Positions 59,979 to 64,000 of a stretch of DNA of 64,000 bases are shown here, piece after piece; position 1 is the stretch's first letter; each line of letters starts with the position of its first letter. The stretch is from NCBI GenBank assembly GCA_050633305.1, contig JBOEGF010000011.1, positions 159,312-223,311 on the forward strand. Direction: 5' to 3'. Under the pieces are notes generated by a model. That model did no database searches, was not told the DNA's origin, and was given only the letters and a program-made list of their open reading frames with translations. Both the position numbers and the translations under genes were made by a program. The stretch is from Nannocystales bacterium (GTDB lineage Bacteria; Myxococcota_A; Polyangia; Nannocystales; Nannocystaceae).

Positions 59979-60848
59979 ATGCCGACAAAGATCCTCGCGA
60001 TCGACGACAGCAAAACCATGCGACTGGCCGTGAAGATCACGTTTGCGGCCGAAGATGCAGACGTAACCTCGGTGAGTAAGGGGTCCGACGCGGTCGCCCG
60101 AGCCAAGCAGCTCTCTCCCGATGTCATCCTCGTGGACACCGCCCTTGGGGATGGTGAGCCGAGCGGATACGACGTGTGTCAGTCTCTCAAGTCGGACCCT
60201 GCGACCCAGGGAACGCCCGTGCTCTTGATGGTGTCCAACCAGTCTGGCGTCGACCAGGCCCGGTTCGATGCGGTCGGCGCGGATGGTTTCATCAACAAGC
60301 CTTTCGACACGCAGGACCTGATCGACAAGGTTGGCGCTGCGTCTGGCGGGGCGTCCAAGCCTGCCGCCGCGGCTGCTCCTGTGGCCAAGCCCGCGCCGAA
60401 ACCCGCACCCAAAGCCGCGCCTGCCCCTGTGGCGGCACGGCCTCCGGCTCGCGCGGCTGCGCCACCGAAGCCAGCGGTTCCGAAGCCCGCGGTTCGTCCT
60501 CCGGCTGCTGCCGCGCCCCGCCCAGCGGTGCCAAAGCCCGCCGTGCCGAAGCCCGCAGCTCGACCGGCGGCCCGTCCTGCACCAGCTCCTGCCCCGGCCG
60601 CGGCTCGTCCGGCCGCGGCTTCGGCCGGGCCGATCCCGATCGCGGTCCCGATTCCGTTCACCGCAGCGGACAGCCCGACGCCTGGAATGGCCGCACGCCT
60701 CGCGAAGGCTGCCGGGGACGCCGGGATCGACCCGAAAGTCGCTGAGGCGATCGCCGGGCTGAGCCGCGAAGTGATCGAATCCGTGGTCTGGGAGGTCGTT
60801 CCGCACCTCGCCGAAGAGATCATCAAGAAGCAGGCACAGAGCGCCTGA
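59979..60848 (+). CDS. romR: RomR-like polarity response regulator
   Basis: Receiver (DDS..MR, SGYDVC.SLKSDPATQG.PV, KPF), Pro/Ala linker, C-terminal SREVIESVVWEVVPHLAEEII characteristic of RomR. Confidence 0.85.
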   Translation: MPTKILAIDDSKTMRLAVKITFAAEDADVTSVSKGSDAVARAKQLSPDVILVDTALGDGEPSGYDVCQSLKSDPATQGTPVLLMVSNQSGVDQARFDAVGADGFINKPFDTQDLIDKVGAASGGASKPAAAAAPVAKPAPKPAPKAAPAPVAARPPARAAAPPKPAVPKPAVRPPAAAAPRPAVPKPAVPKPAARPAARPAPAPAPAAARPAAASAGPIPIAVPIPFTAADSPTPGMAARLAKAAGDAGIDPKVAEAIAGLSREVIESVVWEVVPHLAEEIIKKQAQSA

Positions 60849-61035
60849 CCTCGAAGTCCGTTCCCGGTCCGCGCGCCGCCCGGCCTCATCGGGTCGGGCG
60901 TCCGTTGGCCACACAACGCTTGCAAGGTCCGTTTCGGGTTTCCCGGAGCGGACCTTTGCAATTCCCGCGCGTCGCATTGCAGCGAGGCGGACGCCCGCTC
61001 GGCTCCCCGACGAGACACGCGTATGCTCCGGGCGA

Positions 61036-61917
61036 ATGGGGGAGCTCGCACGCGTCGACCTCGACTTGCTGCCGCAGGAACCGCGATACCGCCCGCTCAC
61101 CAAGCGCGCCTGGTATGGCCGCCGGCTCCCCGTGTCGCTGGGCCTCGGAGCGCTCGCCGGGGTGGCGAGCGTCGCCGTTCATCCCGTCGCGATGTGGGCG
61201 ACGCTGATCGGTGTGTTCGGCTACTCGATCGCGCGCCGCCGCAGCGCCGCCAACATCGCTCGGCTGAACACCGACGGGCTCGCGATGCTCATGGCAGGCG
61301 AACTCGTGCCCGCGGCAGAGGCGTTCGAGCTGCTGTGCGAAGAATCCCGGGCGTCACCGAGCTTGCACTCGCTGACGGTTTGCAATCGCGCGGCGGTCTT
61401 TCTGGAAGCCGGAGAGCCCGAGCGCGCGGCGGGTCTGCTCTCCGCGGCGTTGCATGCCGGGTGGATCGGAACGCAGGGGGCCTTGTCCGCGTACTACCCG
61501 TTGGTCGCGGGCCGGCTCGCGATGGCCGAAGCTCTCAGCGGTCGACTCGATCAGGCCCAAGCGTGGCGAGCCCGAGCCCACGCCGGGACCTCGGCGGCCA
61601 AGCACGGCATGCATCTCCTGACGGACGTCGTCGTCGAAGCGAGGGCGGGCAACGACGAGACGGTGGTCTCGCTGGTGGCTGAGGGGTGGGACCGAGCCGA
61701 GAACCTTCACTCCGCCCGGCAGCTGCGGCAGGTTCGTCTGCTCGAGGCGTTTGCGTTGGAGCGGTTGGCCGCCGTCGAGTACCGCGGGGTCTCTCGGGAG
61801 ACCGACGCCATCCGTGCGGTGGAAGCGGCGCGAACATCGACGCCGGGGCAGTTCGTGGGGCTGACGCGGCCGTGGGACGCGCTCGCCGGGTTTGCCGAAC
61901 GCCACAGCCTTCGCTGA
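61036..61917 (+). CDS. membrane-anchored TPR-like hypothetical protein
   Basis: Two N-terminal TMs followed by helical repeats. Confidence 0.7.
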   Translation: MGELARVDLDLLPQEPRYRPLTKRAWYGRRLPVSLGLGALAGVASVAVHPVAMWATLIGVFGYSIARRRSAANIARLNTDGLAMLMAGELVPAAEAFELLCEESRASPSLHSLTVCNRAAVFLEAGEPERAAGLLSAALHAGWIGTQGALSAYYPLVAGRLAMAEALSGRLDQAQAWRARAHAGTSAAKHGMHLLTDVVVEARAGNDETVVSLVAEGWDRAENLHSARQLRQVRLLEAFALERLAAVEYRGVSRETDAIRAVEAARTSTPGQFVGLTRPWDALAGFAERHSLR

Positions 61918-62002
61918 CTCGGTCCTGTGGGGCGAGTGTTTCAGCCGCGAGCGTGAAGAGGCTCATCCGCGATCCCGATGGGTGTGTGGCAAGGTCCCCG
62001 CG

Positions 62003-64000
62003 ATGGTTCGTGCGTCGCTTGCTCTCGTCATTCTCTCGCTGGTCCCAGCCTGTAAGACTCAGCCTCCCGAGGACCCGAGCACGACCACCTCATCCGGGCA
62101 GGCCCCAACCGTCAAGCCCGAGGTGGCCTCCGAGGTCTTGGCCAACATGGACCCCGGAACCAACCCTTGCGATGACTTCTATCGCTACGCATGCGGCGGA
62201 TGGATCGATGCCACCGAGCTGCCGGCCGACCAACCTCGTTACGGTCGTTTTCAATCCCTCCAGGAGCGCAATCAAAACGCGCTACGGACGATTCTCGAGG
62301 GCGATGAAGGCAAGTTGGGCACCTTCTACGACGCGTGCATGGACGAGGCCGCGGTCGAGGCAGCCGGCTTGGAGGGGCTCGCGCCGACGATGGCGGTCAT
62401 CTCCAAAATGAAGCTCGGCGAGCTCCCGTCGGTGGTTGGAAAGATGCGCAAGCTCGGCGTGCCGGCGCTGCTGAGCTTCGATGTCGGCCCGGACCTCAAG
62501 GACCCCTCGGCAAACATCGGCCACCTGTCCCAAGGAGGCCTGGGACTCCCCGACCGTGACTTCTACGTGAAGGACGACGCCCAGTCCGTCGCGCTTCGTG
62601 AGGCGTATCAGGCCCACGTGGCGACCATGCTTGCTGCGGCGGGAATGAAGGGGGATGCGGCCAAACGTGTGCTCGAGTTTGAGACCGCGCTCGCGCAGGC
62701 AACCAAGCCCCGAGACCAGATGCGGGACCCCGCCAAACAGTACAACCGAATCTCGCGGGAGCAGCTCTCGGCACTCACGCCCGGGTTCGATTGGGCGCCG
62801 TTCTTCACGGAGCTTGGGCTCGCCGACGCAGACGCGCTCAACGTCTACCCGCCGGAGTTCTTCACCGCGATGGCCTCGGCTGTGAAGTCCGGCGGCGTCA
62901 AGACGGTGAAGGCGTACTTGACCTGGCACGTCGTGCACCGCTTTGCTGCCGAGCTCCCCAAGGCGTTCGCGGATGCGGATTTCGAGTTCTACCGCAAGAC
63001 TCTACGGGGCCAGCTCGAGCCTTCTCCACGCTGGAAGGGCTGTGTGGCGGCCAGCGATCGGGCGTTGCGCGACGAACTCGGACAACGATACGTGGCCGAG
63101 AACTTCGCTGGAGATAGCAAGAGCGTCGCGATCGAGATGATCACGGGTATCGAGGCCGCTTTCGAGGCCGGGCTCCCAGGTTTGTCCTGGATGGATGATG
63201 AAACCCGGGGGCGTGCGGTCGAGAAGATGACCGCCATCGTCAACAAGATCGGGTATCCGCAGGACTGGCGGAACTACGACGAGCTCGACATCGGAGCGGG
63301 CCACCTGGTCAACGTCGTGCAGGCGGCACAGTTCGACGCTGCTCGCCAGCTCGCCGAGTACGGGAAGCCGGTCAACAAGCTCGAGTGGCACATGAGCCCG
63401 CCGACGGTGAACGCGTACTACAACCCTCCGTACAACGAGATGGTGTTCCCCGCCGGCATCCTCCAACAGCCGTTCTTCTCGGCCGACTACCCGATGACGA
63501 TGAACTTCGGTGGCATCGGGATGGTCATGGGACACGAGTTGACCCACGGGTTCGACGACCAGGGCCGCAAGTTCGACGGGCACGGTTCGTTGACCGAATG
63601 GTGGAACCCCGGCGCGGTCAACAAGTTCGAAGAGCGCACCCAGTGCGTCGATGAACTCTACAGCGGGTACGAGGTGCTTCCGGGCGTCACGCTCAACGGT
63701 CAACTGACCATGGGGGAGAACATCGCGGACTTTGGCGGCATCAAGCAGGCTCACCGGGCGTACCTGGCGTGGGCAGAGGCCAACGGGGAAGACCCCCACG
63801 CCACGGCGATCGAGGGCCTGACCGCGGAGCAACTCATGTTCGTCTCGTTCGGCCAGATCTGGTGCAGCAAGTCGACGCCCGAGGTGGACAAGGTACGCGC
63901 GATGACCGACCCGCACTCGCACCCGCGCTACCGCATCAACGGACCGCTCTCGAACCTTCCGGGCTTCTGGGATGCGTTCGCGTGTGAAGAGGGCGCGGCG
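62003..64000 (+). CDS. M13 (neprilysin/PepO) metallopeptidase lipoprotein, 3'-truncated by window
   Basis: Read from sequence: VPAC lipobox, PCDDFYRYACGGW, VNAYYNP, GHELTHGFDD, GENIADFGG. Confidence 0.93.
   Translation, partial: MVRASLALVILSLVPACKTQPPEDPSTTTSSGQAPTVKPEVASEVLANMDPGTNPCDDFYRYACGGWIDATELPADQPRYGRFQSLQERNQNALRTILEGDEGKLGTFYDACMDEAAVEAAGLEGLAPTMAVISKMKLGELPSVVGKMRKLGVPALLSFDVGPDLKDPSANIGHLSQGGLGLPDRDFYVKDDAQSVALREAYQAHVATMLAAAGMKGDAAKRVLEFETALAQATKPRDQMRDPAKQYNRISREQLSALTPGFDWAPFFTELGLADADALNVYPPEFFTAMASAVKSGGVKTVKAYLTWHVVHRFAAELPKAFADADFEFYRKTLRGQLEPSPRWKGCVAASDRALRDELGQRYVAENFAGDSKSVAIEMITGIEAAFEAGLPGLSWMDDETRGRAVEKMTAIVNKIGYPQDWRNYDELDIGAGHLVNVVQAAQFDAARQLAEYGKPVNKLEWHMSPPTVNAYYNPPYNEMVFPAGILQQPFFSADYPMTMNFGGIGMVMGHELTHGFDDQGRKFDGHGSLTEWWNPGAVNKFEERTQCVDELYSGYEVLPGVTLNGQLTMGENIADFGGIKQAHRAYLAWAEANGEDPHATAIEGLTAEQLMFVSFGQIWCSKSTPEVDKVRAMTDPHSHPRYRINGPLSNLPGFWDAFACEEGAA

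Overview
GC-rich bacterial chromosome segment of about 55 genes, most likely from a myxobacterium (Myxococcota; a Nannocystaceae-like lineage is an inference). Evidence for this: RomR-like and MglA/SofG-like polarity genes, a PilR-pilin-PilG-like block, PEGA Ser/Thr kinases and Cys-rich, RCC1 and TSP3 lipoproteins. Core genes: recD2 (partial), ruvA/ruvC, mutL-miaA-accA, gcvT/gcvH, carA, gpsA, and hemW-hrcA-grpE-dnaK-dnaJ followed by a small GTPase and a histidine kinase. I saw no rRNA, tRNA, CRISPR array, transposase or integrase. Most notable observations: (1) a Thg1-like (3'-5' polymerase fold) protein lacking its catalytic aspartates, between a membrane Ser/Thr kinase and the hemW/chaperone/GTPase run; (2) several other apparent pseudoenzymes (MutL without endonuclease motifs, a rhomboid without its Ser, an IrrE-like domain without HExxH); (3) about a dozen genes with a -10-like TAnnnT box 6-10 nt before the start codon, suggesting widespread leaderless mRNA; (4) tandem type IV pilins under a sigma-54 promoter; (5) a possible structured RNA downstream of romR. 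All family calls come from motif recognition by eye, not from database searches.
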